A stretch of DNA of 63,491 nucleotides, the filler included, from Chiloscyllium plagiosum (Eukaryota), in the NCBI RefSeq assembly GCF_004010195.1. It is 12 parts of 12 records of this genome, joined end to end, with 100 filler letters (N's around TTAATTAATTAA, not from the genome) between each part and the next. Parts side by side here need not be neighbours in the genome. Positions count along the whole stretch, not along the records: positions 51,875 to 53,427 come from NW_025161317.1; positions 53,528 to 57,431 come from NW_025193342.1; positions 57,532 to 60,757 come from NW_025203317.1; positions 60,858 to 62,124 come from NW_025143070.1; positions 62,225 to 63,491 come from NW_025143105.1; 7 more parts are not named here. The stretch is one strand, 5' to 3'. Shown here piece by piece: positions 52,991 to 63,491 of this stretch. Position 1 is the stretch's first letter; each line of letters starts with the position of its first letter. The position numbers and the translations under genes were made by a program. The notes beneath the pieces were generated by a model. That model searched no databases and had not been told where the DNA came from. It saw only the letters and a program-made list of their open reading frames with translations.

Positions 52991-54943
52991 TGTTCATGAT
53001 AGAACAGTTTGAACAGTACAGCGCAGTTATAGAATTAATTATCTTGATTGATTCCTGATAGTTTGAACAGGTACAGGGACCCATATCTACATGCAAACAC
53101 TCAGTCACATTAATTTCTGCCGATTGATTCTCCTCACATTCTCTATCCATGAGGGACTGACTCTATCCTTGATCATCTCCCCTTCGTTATCTCTCAGAAG
53201 CATTTACTACAGAGATTTCTATTTCCTGTTCACACTGCCTCCTAAGTCCACACTGCCCATTCCGTAATCCTGGAGAAGATAGATTTCGCATCCCCACCTT
53301 TATATATGAATAGACATTGAGACTCAGTGAGATGATAGGAATTCTCCAACAAGCTGCCCATTCCTAGAGAATCTTAACCATCCAACCAGGTTCCCACCTG
53401 CAAATCAAATCCCTGACCTTCCTCAATNNNNNNNNNNNNNNNNNNNNNNNNNNNNNNNNNNNNNNNNNNNNTTAATTAATTAANNNNNNNNNNNNNNNNN
53501 NNNNNNNNNNNNNNNNNNNNNNNNNNNAGTCTTGCTGTGTTCTCCCAGCCTCCTGCTTGTTAACCTTGGATTCCAGCATTTGCAGTTTGTCTCTAATCTC
53601 TTCAGGGGCCAGGATGAGTGTGAGGAGATTGGGTTTTGATGGAACTACCCATAGACTGAAGTAAAAAAAAAAGCAAAGTAAGAAAGGCAAGTGGATCAAA
53701 TTCGAGAGAGCAAATTGTGACCAAAATGTAATTATTACCAGTTTAGCAGTTGCAAAGGAGAGAATGACCACATTGAATTGCTTCTGGTGTCATCCTCTGT
53801 GTCCGAACATTTCACAGAGCCAGCTCCACATCCTTCCATTGGCTTTGTCATTGAGAGGCAACATTTCCCTTCCCACAGCCCTTTTTAAAATGTCCTGTCC
53901 CAGGAATCACTGAGGCAGAGAATACTTCACCTTTTCTGGGAAAGATAGAGAAATATAGGGAGTCAAGGAGCAGTTTCTCTGCCTTCAGGGTCTGACAGAA
54001 GGATGTGTGTCGTGTGTTGATTCTGGAGACAGATCACTGAGATATTCCTCACTCCCATCAACACCTGACTTTATTCTAACATCAGTTTCTATTCTTCATT
54101 ATAAAGTACCCCCACCAGCTTCAGACTGGACATTTCACACCCAGCCCCCATTTCCCCACAATCAAGAACCAAACTTGCCCCATCTCAGGATTGCCCTCTG
54201 AATGTGGTCTCAGTGTGCTAATGCTGTTTGAATGAAAGAGCCACAGTGGAATCTGGGACTGAATCCAAGGCGTTTCTGAGCCACCAGTAGCCTCCCCGCT
54301 GTGTGAGGGTCTGTTTGGATTCGATTTCAGCCGCATTGGTTCCCACTGATACTAAAGCCCTCGAGTGAGATTTTTGGAGTCACGTGTGGACTAAGGAACG
54401 CAACAGTCAGTTCAATGAGCTGCTCTGGAATCCACCCTGAGCCCTGGATGTCTCTCACTGAGATGGCCCAGGGGCTACAGAATATGACAGCAGAAGGTGG
54501 AACCAGTTTATCATTGACTGCCTTCCCCAGCCGTGACTCCCACACTCCCCAGATTTAACATTCTCAATCTTACTCCAGGGACACACAGGCCCATTCCATT
54601 GCACTTTAAGAGTAAAGAAANNNNNNNNNNNNNNNNGCTCTTTCTGTACTGTTCCCACCAAAGACACCCAGGACAGGGACAAGATAAGAAACAGAATAAA
54701 GCTGTCTCCACACTGTCCTCGTCAAACACTCCCAGGACAGGGACAGCACTGGTTGGGAACAGAGTGAAGCTCTTTCTACAGTGTCACAGTAACCTGCCTT
54801 AACCCCTGAATCTCAGAGTCTCCCAGAGGCATGTCTCAAGAAGGAAGAGAGTTGAAATTCAGTGCTGACAATGACCTTTGTCCTGCCTGTTCAGCCCTGT
54901 TCTATTTAAAGTTGTGTCTCCTCTGTCGACTGTCTTGTGCACT

Positions 54944-55272
54944 CTACACACATTCTGATCTCCTGATGCTCTTGCTGAGGGGAGAGGGGAGGGTCACGTG
55001 GGTGAGGGCACAGGAGAAGCGAGCGTTGGACTCCCAGTCAGACCCAGAGAGGGTCAGCAGGCTGCTGACACTGTAGGTGCTGTCCGAAGCTCGCAGGTAG
55101 TTGCTGGTCTGAACCCCGTCCGAAATGACTGCACCATCCTTCTTCCACTGCACCTCCAGCTCATCGGGATAGAAGTGATTGGCAAGGCACACCAGGGTGG
55201 CAGTGCCCTTGGCATTGACCTGCTCTGGGGAGGGGGGCAGCAGGGTCAGCTTGGGCTGAGAATTTTCACGGC
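54944..55272 (-). CDS. IGKC: Second Ig kappa-type CL exon (paralogous cluster or allele)
   Basis: 329-bp open exon differing from 8078-8406 at only two residues (L/S, A/T), with the same acceptor. Confidence 0.93.
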
Positions 55273-56617
55273 CTGAAAGACAAGACAAACAATTTTAATC
55301 CCTGCCATTCAAAGGGATTTCAACTCTGAACATTCACTGGCAAAACAATCCATTTGAACATTTGTATTCAATACCTAACAGACCCCATAAAAGGACAGGG
55401 CCTTTTAAAATTGCTTCTTGGGATGTGACTGTCACTGACAGGGCGAGAATTTATTGCCCATTCCTAATTGCCCCTGAGATGGTGATGGTGAAAAAGAAGG
55501 GGCAGTTTTGGATCATTCTTTAGGGAATGAATGTGGGCAGCTGGAAGGGCTATCAATGGGGGAGCATTTCAGTGACAGTGATCGGAACTCAGTGAGATTG
55601 AGAGGAGGGATGGAAATGGAGAACCATGGAGCAAGTGTAAAAGTTTTCATTTGGGAACAAAACCATTTTACTAAACTGGGCAGGGATTGGATAAAAGTGG
55701 GCTGAAAGACAAAATGCAAGGGTGAAATTTACCAGGACCTGAGGAAAGCAAAGAGCTGACAGGATGAAATGTGTCCAAATGAAGTCAGGGAAATCCCAGT
55801 GATTTTTTAGAATCACAGAAAGAACAAGAGAATGAAGGAATGTATGAGGCCCATTCGAGAGCAGGAAGGGAACTTGTGTGCAGTGGTGGAAGATGGAGCA
55901 ATGGTTCCTCATGAAAACTTTTGGTCTGTTTTCACAAAAGAGAGGGACATACATAGCAGTAACTGTAGTTCAGGAGGAGAACTGTGCAATATTGGAACAG
56001 CATCTTTCACATCTGAAAGACTCCCAGTTCATCCAATGAAAAGAAAGATCCATGCTGTCCTAAAGATATTTGCAGACCGTGTGGGACTTGTTTGAAATGT
56101 GGTCACTGTTGTAATGTAGGAAATGTGCAAGCCAGATTGTACACAAGATCCCACAAGCAACAGTGAACCAAGGAACATTTTTGAGTGCTGTTTGTTCAGG
56201 AATAAGTATCAGCCTGAATATGATTCAAAGAGAAAGTAACTAGAACAGTTGGATGGAAAATGAGGAAATGAAAGTTAAAGGAGAAGGGAGGAATACTGGT
56301 TAGCGATGGAATTGATTGTTACCAGAAAATAAAAGGAAAGGGACAGAGTATTGTGAATGTCATATTGTACTGAGGAAACTTAAAAGTGCAGGGAAGAACA
56401 ATATAGAACAAGCTTAAAGGTGTTGTCTCTTAATACATGAACCATTCGGAATAATGTTGACAAAGTGGTACCACACAAACCAAGGGAAATCAAGTTTGCG
56501 AGGAGTTTAAACTAACTAAAGAAGGTAGGAGCTCAGGAGAAGTTATTAAAGTATCCAGACCAAGTAATAGGATTGAGGGTATGGAAAGGATCAGGAATCG
56601 AACTTGAGGCACCGCAG

Positions 56618-56865
56618 GGTGGAATGGTGGATCAGTGGTTAGCACTGCTGTCTCACAGCTTCAGAGACACAGACTCAATTCCAACTGACTGTCTGTGTGG
56701 GATTGACACATTCTCCCTGTGTCTACTTGGGTTTCCTCCCATTGTCACAAAATATTTTGGTTAGGAGGATTATCCATGGGAATTGTAGGGTGGGTGGGAT
56801 GCTTTTTGGAGGGTCAGTCTGGGCTGAATGGCCTGCTTCCACACTGTAGGGATTCTGTGATTTCT
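56618..56865 (+). mobile_element. HE1-like SINE
   Basis: tRNA-like head ggtggatcagtggttagcactgctgtctcacagc, plus conserved body and tail. Confidence 0.7.
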
Positions 56866-58555
56866 AAAGGAGATAACTATGAGAAGGAGGCAGTGAGTGC
56901 ATGACTGAGGGTGTTGTACTTCGATGCATTAAGTATATGAAACAAGGTAAATGAGCCTGTGGCTCAGGGACGTGGCTGCAAGGGGATCAGGGCTGGGAAC
57001 TAAATATCCACGGATGCACATCCTATTGAAAGGAAATGCGAGGGGATAGTGGGTCAAGTGTGAAGGAGGAACTGAATGTAATCCTTGTTAGTCAGGAAAT
57101 GGTTTTGGGAGACTGATGGTATCAAAACTTGCTAAGTCCCCATGGCCTGATGCTCTACCTGTCGACTCTGACAGAGTTCCAGTGGACTGGACAGTATCCA
57201 GTGTAACCCCACTTTTTAATAAAAGGAGGGAGAGTGAAAATGAGGAATTATACATGAGGAAAACGCTGGAGTCAGTTATTAAAGATACAATAACCGAGCA
57301 TTTGGAAAGCAGTGATAGGATCGGTCTAAGTCAGCATGGATTTACTAAAGGGAAATCAGGCCTGACACATCTTCTGGAAGGTTTTGAGGATGTGATCCGT
57401 GGAGAATGGACAAGGCTGAATCAATGGACAANNNNNNNNNNNNNNNNNNNNNNNNNNNNNNNNNNNNNNNNNNNNTTAATTAATTAANNNNNNNNNNNNN
57501 NNNNNNNNNNNNNNNNNNNNNNNNNNNNNNNGGTCAAAATTCTGAAACTCCTTTCTTTGCAACATTACTGGTGCAGGTATACCTCCGTGGGTTGCCGTGG
57601 TTCAAGAAGACAGCTTACTACCATCTTCGCAAGGGCAATTGGAAATAGGAAATAGAATATTAAATCGATGGAAACGCCGACATTGCATGTACACCTTTCT
57701 TTGAAAAAAGTTAGCTATTTGGCGTCTTTTGAGGGGCGGGGTGGAGCAAACAAAGGAATTCTTGAATTTTGGATGCTTTTTTTTATTGAAGTTTTTAACA
57801 GATGCGGGTGGAGGTTGGATTGATCTCAAATGTAAACGTATCTTCGGACAGATGGGTAGAGGTTTAAATTCCAAGCTCAATAATCAAAACGAGAAAGAAA
57901 AAAGAAAGGGAGTGAAAAACAAATTGGATAATGCTTGTATTTGCGATAGTTTCACGCTAATGATAGAAACTGAACGCCCCATTTTTATCCAACTTCAATC
58001 GTCGTTCATTGCAACCAAAATACAAAGACACGACCAGTCCTGGACTTGAGATTGAGGCTTTTGATGAGACCGTTATAATTAAATGCAAACTGTGGATTGA
58101 GAATGTCTGGTGGATCCATTGAGTAGACTCTGGATTTCTGGTATCCAATTGACGAAGTGATTGTTCAATGGACAATAAACTGACGGTGTCTGGTGGAACT
58201 GGTGATTATTTAGTATGGACACTGACTAACTGTGACCACTGTTTATTCAATACAGATTCTGAGCTGCGTGTGCAGAGCATGTGCCTCGTCCAACATTTTG
58301 TCTGTTTTGTGCAGGGTTTTGTCCACTCCATTTATCTCCACTTTCTATCTGAATAAAAAAGGAGCGGTTTAACAAGCATACATGGATTTCAAGTTTCAGA
58401 ATTGGAACTTTATTTGTTCACATGAATAGGGTGATTCGAAAAACATTCCCCCCAAAATTCAAAAAACGTCTATGCCTTTTGACAGGCTGTTCTGTCTTCT
58501 GTCCAACCCAAAGACAAATTCCGATATTGATTTATTGAATGTTATTGTGTTCCAG

Positions 58556-58837
58556 TGCCACCAACCCCGCTGAAGATAACCCGCCAGTACTCGCCCTTCC
58601 TCGCTCTCCTCTGCACAACAGCTGGCTTCTTCCCGGGGCAGTTTGAACTCATGTGGTATAAAAATTTCTCCGAAATCACGTCTAACATCAACATCAGGAA
58701 AATCCTGAACAAAGAGGGTTTATTTCAAGTTTCCAGCGAGCTCAGTCTTCCGGAGAGGGAGTCAGTCTATACCTGCCAGGTTTCTCACATCGCACTCAGC
58801 ATCCCGGCAAATATCAGCGACAAAACTCCGAATCACG
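58556..58837 (+). CDS. C1-set Ig domain exon of an unidentified membrane protein (SIRP/B7-H6/tapasin-like class)
   Basis: 282-bp phase-1 exon (ttccag|TG ... CACG|GTAAG) reading LLCTTAGFFP...WYKN...NKEGLFQVSSEL...YTCQVSH. Confidence 0.85.
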
Positions 58838-58974
58838 GTAAGGGTCACCGGTGTTCCATTTTTCATATACAGAGGAACCTAACATCTGTCATCAATATTA
58901 AAATACAAGGTTCCAATCCGTTCCCGGATGCTTGGCGCTTCAGCCAAAGTTAAATACAGATTTGAAGTGTTATG

Positions 58975-59695
58975 ATTCCTGTTGAAGAGCTTTTGCCCGA
59001 AACGTCGATTTTCCTGCTCCTCGGATGCTGCCTGACCTGCAGTGCTTTTCCAGCACCACTCTAATCTAGACTCTGGTTTCCAGCGTCTGCAGTCCAGTGT
59101 TACGAAGCCGTCAGTTCAAAATTTACCACAAACAGCAACCGGCCTGCATTGCATCTGCACTGTGTTCGGGAACCAGCATATCTATAGCCAGTTTCCTCGT
59201 CTGATGCGAGGTATCATCCACAAAACTGATGCTAAACACTTTCTTGCTCTCGCGCTCAGCTTGTCTTTCTCTCTCTCTTTCTCTCTCTCCAATTCACTCT
59301 TGGTCTTATTGGAAAAATCAAAGTTATTCTTTCTCTCTATATTCACCTCCCACTTTCTTGTCCTCCTTATCTCTGCCACTGTAATGCGTCCAACATCTGG
59401 CGCCACTCGCTCTCCATTCACTTCCTGTGGATACCGTGGTTACTGCCTTGGTACGCACCTCAGTTGGTCTGGTCGCTCATTTCTGAAGGCCGTAGGATCA
59501 ATTCCCCTTCCGATCCCACGCACAATGGTTTGACAGAGCCCCGCAGTGCCGAGGCAGTATTGCTGAGTTGAAGGTCCGGTCTTTCTGGGGCTAAAGTGGG
59601 TACTATAGATGCTGGAGATTAGAGTCAGGATTAAAGTGGTGCTGGAAATACACAGCAGGTCAGGCAGCATCCGAGGAGGAGGAAAATCTGCTTGA
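58975..59695. mobile_element. Two inverted MER6/Penelope-terminus-like elements (58975-59095 and 59605-59695) in the C1-TM intron
   Basis: ttttcctgctcctcggatgctgcctgacctgc...ttccagcaccact and its reverse complement. Confidence 0.6.
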
Positions 59696-60597
59696 ACCAA
59701 TTGTCCCTTCACGCAGGAGCAAAAGATCCAGCACGCCATTTTGCAGAACAGCAAGTAAGCCCTGCGTGAATACTTCTCCCCCGAAATCCAGATCACAGAA
59801 TCAGATGGTCTGATCACTATCACATTGGACTTTCAAAAACAGTGTTCATAATGGATGCTACAATACATATGTTACAACAGCGACTCTACTACAAAGAAAT
59901 AGAAATAGACAACAAATGCTGCCTCAGCCACCGATACCCACATCCCATGAGCCAATAGTAAAAACCGATGCATTCATCCAATCTTTTGGCACATGTTCCT
60001 TCGGCAAGATTCCGCTTGGCAGATTTGTTAGTAAAATTAGATCACGTGGGATTCAGGGAGAGCTGGACAATTGGATGCAAAATTGATTTGACGGGAGGAG
60101 TCAGGGTGGTGGTAGAAAGTTGATTTTCGGACTCGAGTCTTGTGACCAGTGGTGTCCCACATGGATCAGGGCTGGGTCCAGTGCTTGTTATTTATCTAAA
60201 TGATTAGGATAAGAATATAGGAAGCATGGTTAGTAAATAATGGGCACATGGTCAATTCTTTAGCCTGCTTGAATGACGTGTGGAACGAGGAAGAGATCTT
60301 TACACCTGGTAAATACGCGCTAATTGGCAGAGGGATTATAAACAATGCTGTATATTCATTAAGTCAAATACGGTCATTAATCTGAATACATGCTGGTGTT
60401 TTCGAAATGGATAGGCGCTTTGTGGTTCAATTAGTTGGTCGGTACAGGAACAACGGAGCCTTGCGTTCGGTGATAAGCAGCAGGAATGTGGCAGAGACGG
60501 ATTTAATGTAAGTGTAGTCTGTTACCTGGAGTTGTCGAATACGTTGTATCATCTGCTTTTAAAAATGCTAACATTCCACTTTCTCTGTCCCCTGTAG

Positions 60598-60711
60598 GTA
60601 ACCAAGACCGCACTTTCTCCTACGCCTTAGTCTTTGGTTGTGCTGCAGGCGGGATTATGATTTTAGTTCTGGGAATTGTCTTCAAGAGGTGCAAATTCGA
60701 CAGAACAACTG
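60598..60711 (+). CDS. Transmembrane exon GNQDRTFSYALVFGCAAGGIMILVLGIVFKRCKFDRTT
   Basis: Polypyrimidine tract plus tag|GT acceptor, 114-bp open phase-1 exon, 21-aa hydrophobic run then basic stop-transfer KRCK, donor G|GTGAG. In phase with the C1 exon. Confidence 0.8.
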
Positions 60712-60941
60712 GTGAGACGTGAATTTTTCCTGATTCTGTCCTGGGCTTTCACCTCTTNNNNNNNNNNNNNNNNNNNNNNNNNNNNNNNNNNNNNNNNNNN
60801 NTTAATTAATTAANNNNNNNNNNNNNNNNNNNNNNNNNNNNNNNNNNNNNNNNNNNNAGACAGACACTGAATGGAATGGGAGAGCGGTTTTATAGATCAG
60901 TGAGGTTAGATTAGAACATGGAGCAAAACTGAAATACATAC

Positions 60942-61215
60942 CCTTCCTTCTGAAATACTCCTTTCCAGCTTCCAGACATCTCTTTAACTGTTCAACAAAC
61001 TGTCCATGCAGCTGTGTTTCCCAGTAATTTGTCCAGGATTCATCGGAATCCCATTCCTCTTTTGTCTTCACTGCAAAGTGATTGGTTACGATCCATCTCA
61101 TTCTGTCTGGGTCTAAACTGATATAATCCTTTCCATTGGCTCCAAATCTCATCGATCCCTTCACAGAGCCACCATCACTGACCTCAAGTAATAAACCATT
61201 GAAAGATGTGAATTC
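60942..61215 (-). pseudogene. MHC class I alpha2 exon with an apparent 2-bp deletion near its start
   Basis: GIHIFQWFIT^EVSDGGSVKGSMRFGANGKDYISLD...W...W...EQLKRCLEAGKEYFRRK. 274 bp (not a multiple of 3), with acceptor and donor intact. Confidence 0.85.
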
Positions 61216-61897
61216 CTGTCACTAACCCAATAAGAATCAATGATCAATAATTAATTCTTAACTGAAACTGCGAAACAATCTGATCAAAGGTGAAGGGGGA
61301 TCCTGTATCAGACCCAGGGGGAGGGGGTTACACACGGTGCTAATCCCCAGGGCCTGTGCTGTCAGAGGGTCCCAGACTCAGGCAGCACTGCCCCTTTCTC
61401 CAGTGGCTGCCTCTCACCTCAACCTGGAGCAGATAGGGAATGGGCTCTCTGATCCGGGTCAGAATTCCAGCGCTCACATTCCCACTGTCCTGGAACGACA
61501 GCCCCGTTCCATGTGGTCATTTATTTTGATCACAGGCTGCATTCTGGGGGATGTAGTCCATGTCTGTCCGTGTCCACTCTGTCAGCCTCCCACAGGCACT
61601 GGCCCACGATCGGACTCTGTATGTTATTTACAAGGACCCTCTCCCTGCGTGGGGCTGTGCAATCTCTTCCCCTCCTGGCGGAATGGAGATGAGGGTAAAT
61701 TTCTTTAAATTGCCTATTACCTCGTGTACAACTTCCACAGATTATAGCAATGTTTTTAATTTTGTTCTAGTTGTTCAATCTGTTCATCACAGATTACACA
61801 GAAGGGGTTGGGCTTGTGTGAGGCAATTGTCATATCCCAGAATGCTCAGCTGGTCCATAGGTTTCACAATATATCCATACAACCTGATTCAAAAGTA

Positions 61898-62124
61898 TCT
61901 CTCCATCACGAGTGGACCGTGACCATTCCAATATCTCTCCATCACGAGTGGACTGTGACCATTCCAATATCTCTCCATCACGAGTGAACCGTGACCATTC
62001 CAATATCTCTCCATCACGAGTGGACCGTGACCATTCCAATATCTCTCCATCACGAGTGGACCATGACCATTCCAATATCTCTCTATCACGATGGACCGTG
62101 ACCATTCCAATATCTCTCCATCAC
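61898..62124. repeat. 36-bp minisatellite, about 6 copies
   Basis: Unit atctctccatcacgagtggaccgtgaccattccaat. Confidence 0.92.
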
Positions 62125-63067
62125 NNNNNNNNNNNNNNNNNNNNNNNNNNNNNNNNNNNNNNNNNNNNTTAATTAATTAANNNNNNNNNNNNNNNNNNNN
62201 NNNNNNNNNNNNNNNNNNNNNNNNAAAAAGGTAAATTCAGACACAGATTCTTACATGAAGTTCTCCAATCCCGGAGGAAACAATATCAAGAAAAAAATGC
62301 AGATAGTAGTAGCCAGGTGACATTCTCTGAACCTGCCAACTCTTTTGAGACCCCAAAGGCTTCTGACGTAACTGAAAAAAACCAAACTGAGAAATCTGGA
62401 TCTGTGAGAGCTGGCCACGCCCATTCAGACTGCTTCTATTGTTCCAGCTTAAAAAAAAACTCCAAGGCCTCACAACTTGTTTACCTCAGTCATCATCAGC
62501 AGCGGGTTTGGTGCCTCTGCCTTACAACCTCTCTTCAAAACAAAAACTAGGACACCAACAACCTTTTAAAGTGGCAGTATCATCACAATAGGAGTTAAAG
62601 AAGCTTCCAATCCCTAACCTCAGAACCTGAGATCTTTCCAGAGGGTTCCGGATACGGTTTGAAACTTCCCAGACAAATCCCATGGACAATCTGGGCCCAT
62701 GTCTGGTGCTGAAGCCTGGAATACAAGGGAATCTGCTTGTAATTCTGGTGAGATTATTCCGGAGTGAAATCGATGAGTACTTCACCAATAACAGGGCTGT
62801 GGGAATCTGGAATCACCAAAAGGTGCTGGAAGTTTGGAATTCGGAGACCCTTTCAAACTTAGAATTGAAATCTTTAACACAATTGAGACCAACATGACAT
62901 ATCAACGCAGATAACAAGGTAGGTAGTTGCAAACAAGGAAGTGAAAAAGTGTCCTCTAAATAGTTTCATCTGTCACATGTATATACACACATACACACAG
63001 ACACAGACACAGACACAGACACATAGATACAGACACACAGACACACACACACTCTCCAGTCCCTTAC

Positions 63068-63346
63068 CCCACTGATAGAGCTGGGCCTCTGCCAGACTGC
63101 TGTGTTCAATGTGACAGGAGTATTGATCCTCATCCCCAGCATTGAACTCAATCTCTTTCTGGATCTGATGGGTCCCATCGTGGTTCGGTCATATCCCCGA
63201 GGAATGTGTCTCAGACATGACCTCTCCATTCCTTAGCCAGGTCACCTCGATGTCTGCAGGATCAAACCCAGTGACCAGGAAGGAGAGAGTGAGTGGCTTG
63301 TCCTGACCATTGGGCTCCCTCCTGGAGATGAACACTTCAGGCTGAA
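63068..63346 (-). pseudogene. MHC class I alpha3 exon with first Cys changed to Phe and a CGA>TGA stop (63189-63191)
   Basis: VQPEVFISRREPNGQDKPLTLSFLVTGF...SSGI*PNHDGT; 279 bp with intact splice sites. Confidence 0.88.
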
Positions 63347-63462
63347 CTGTGATGGGAAAGGGTGAAACCACAAACAATAGACAGACACTGAATGGAATGG
63401 GAGAACGGTTTCATAGATCAGTGAGGTTAGATCAGAACATGGAACAAAACTGAAATATATAC

Positions 63463-63491
63463 CTTTCCTTGTGAAATAATCCTTTCCAACT
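63463..63491 (-). pseudogene. 3' end of an MHC class I alpha2 exon (VGKDYFTRK), separated from alpha3 by a 116-bp intron
   Basis: Donor AAAG|GTATA; the intron matches 60858-60941 of scaffold 11. Confidence 0.75.

Noticed and set aside
61898-62124. CRISPR-like 36-bp repeats (also the 39-bp array at 52672-52990)
   Set aside because: Head-to-tail units with no unique spacers, no cas genes and a vertebrate context: these are minisatellites.

Overview
This is vertebrate genomic DNA from a cartilaginous fish (shark-type Ig, MHC and repeat content), not a microbial locus. It is an artificial concatenation of 12 scaffolds joined by 100-bp linkers (N44-TTAATTAATTAA-N44), so adjacency across linkers is not evidence of linkage. 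Every scaffold carries an immunoglobulin-superfamily gene piece. (1) 1-28021: a complete kappa-type (NS4/type III-like) Ig light-chain gene on the minus strand whose V and J are already joined in the genome, with a perfect 36-bp in-frame FR3 duplication. (2) An IgM Cmu1 exon. (3, 7) Two IgW-type L-V-D1-D2-J clusters with full RSS sets; one V is frameshifted, one is intact. (5, 6) IgM Cmu2-Cmu4 exons with lesions, including altered secretory tails. (4, 8, 11, 12) Non-classical MHC class I alpha2/alpha3 exons, mostly pseudogenes. (9) A second kappa CL exon. (10) An unidentified C1-set Ig domain plus a transmembrane exon that the ORF track misses. The remainder is CR1/other LINE, HE1-like SINE, Penelope-like and LTR remnants, minisatellites and tandem duplications. 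Family assignments come from motif recognition, not database searches.
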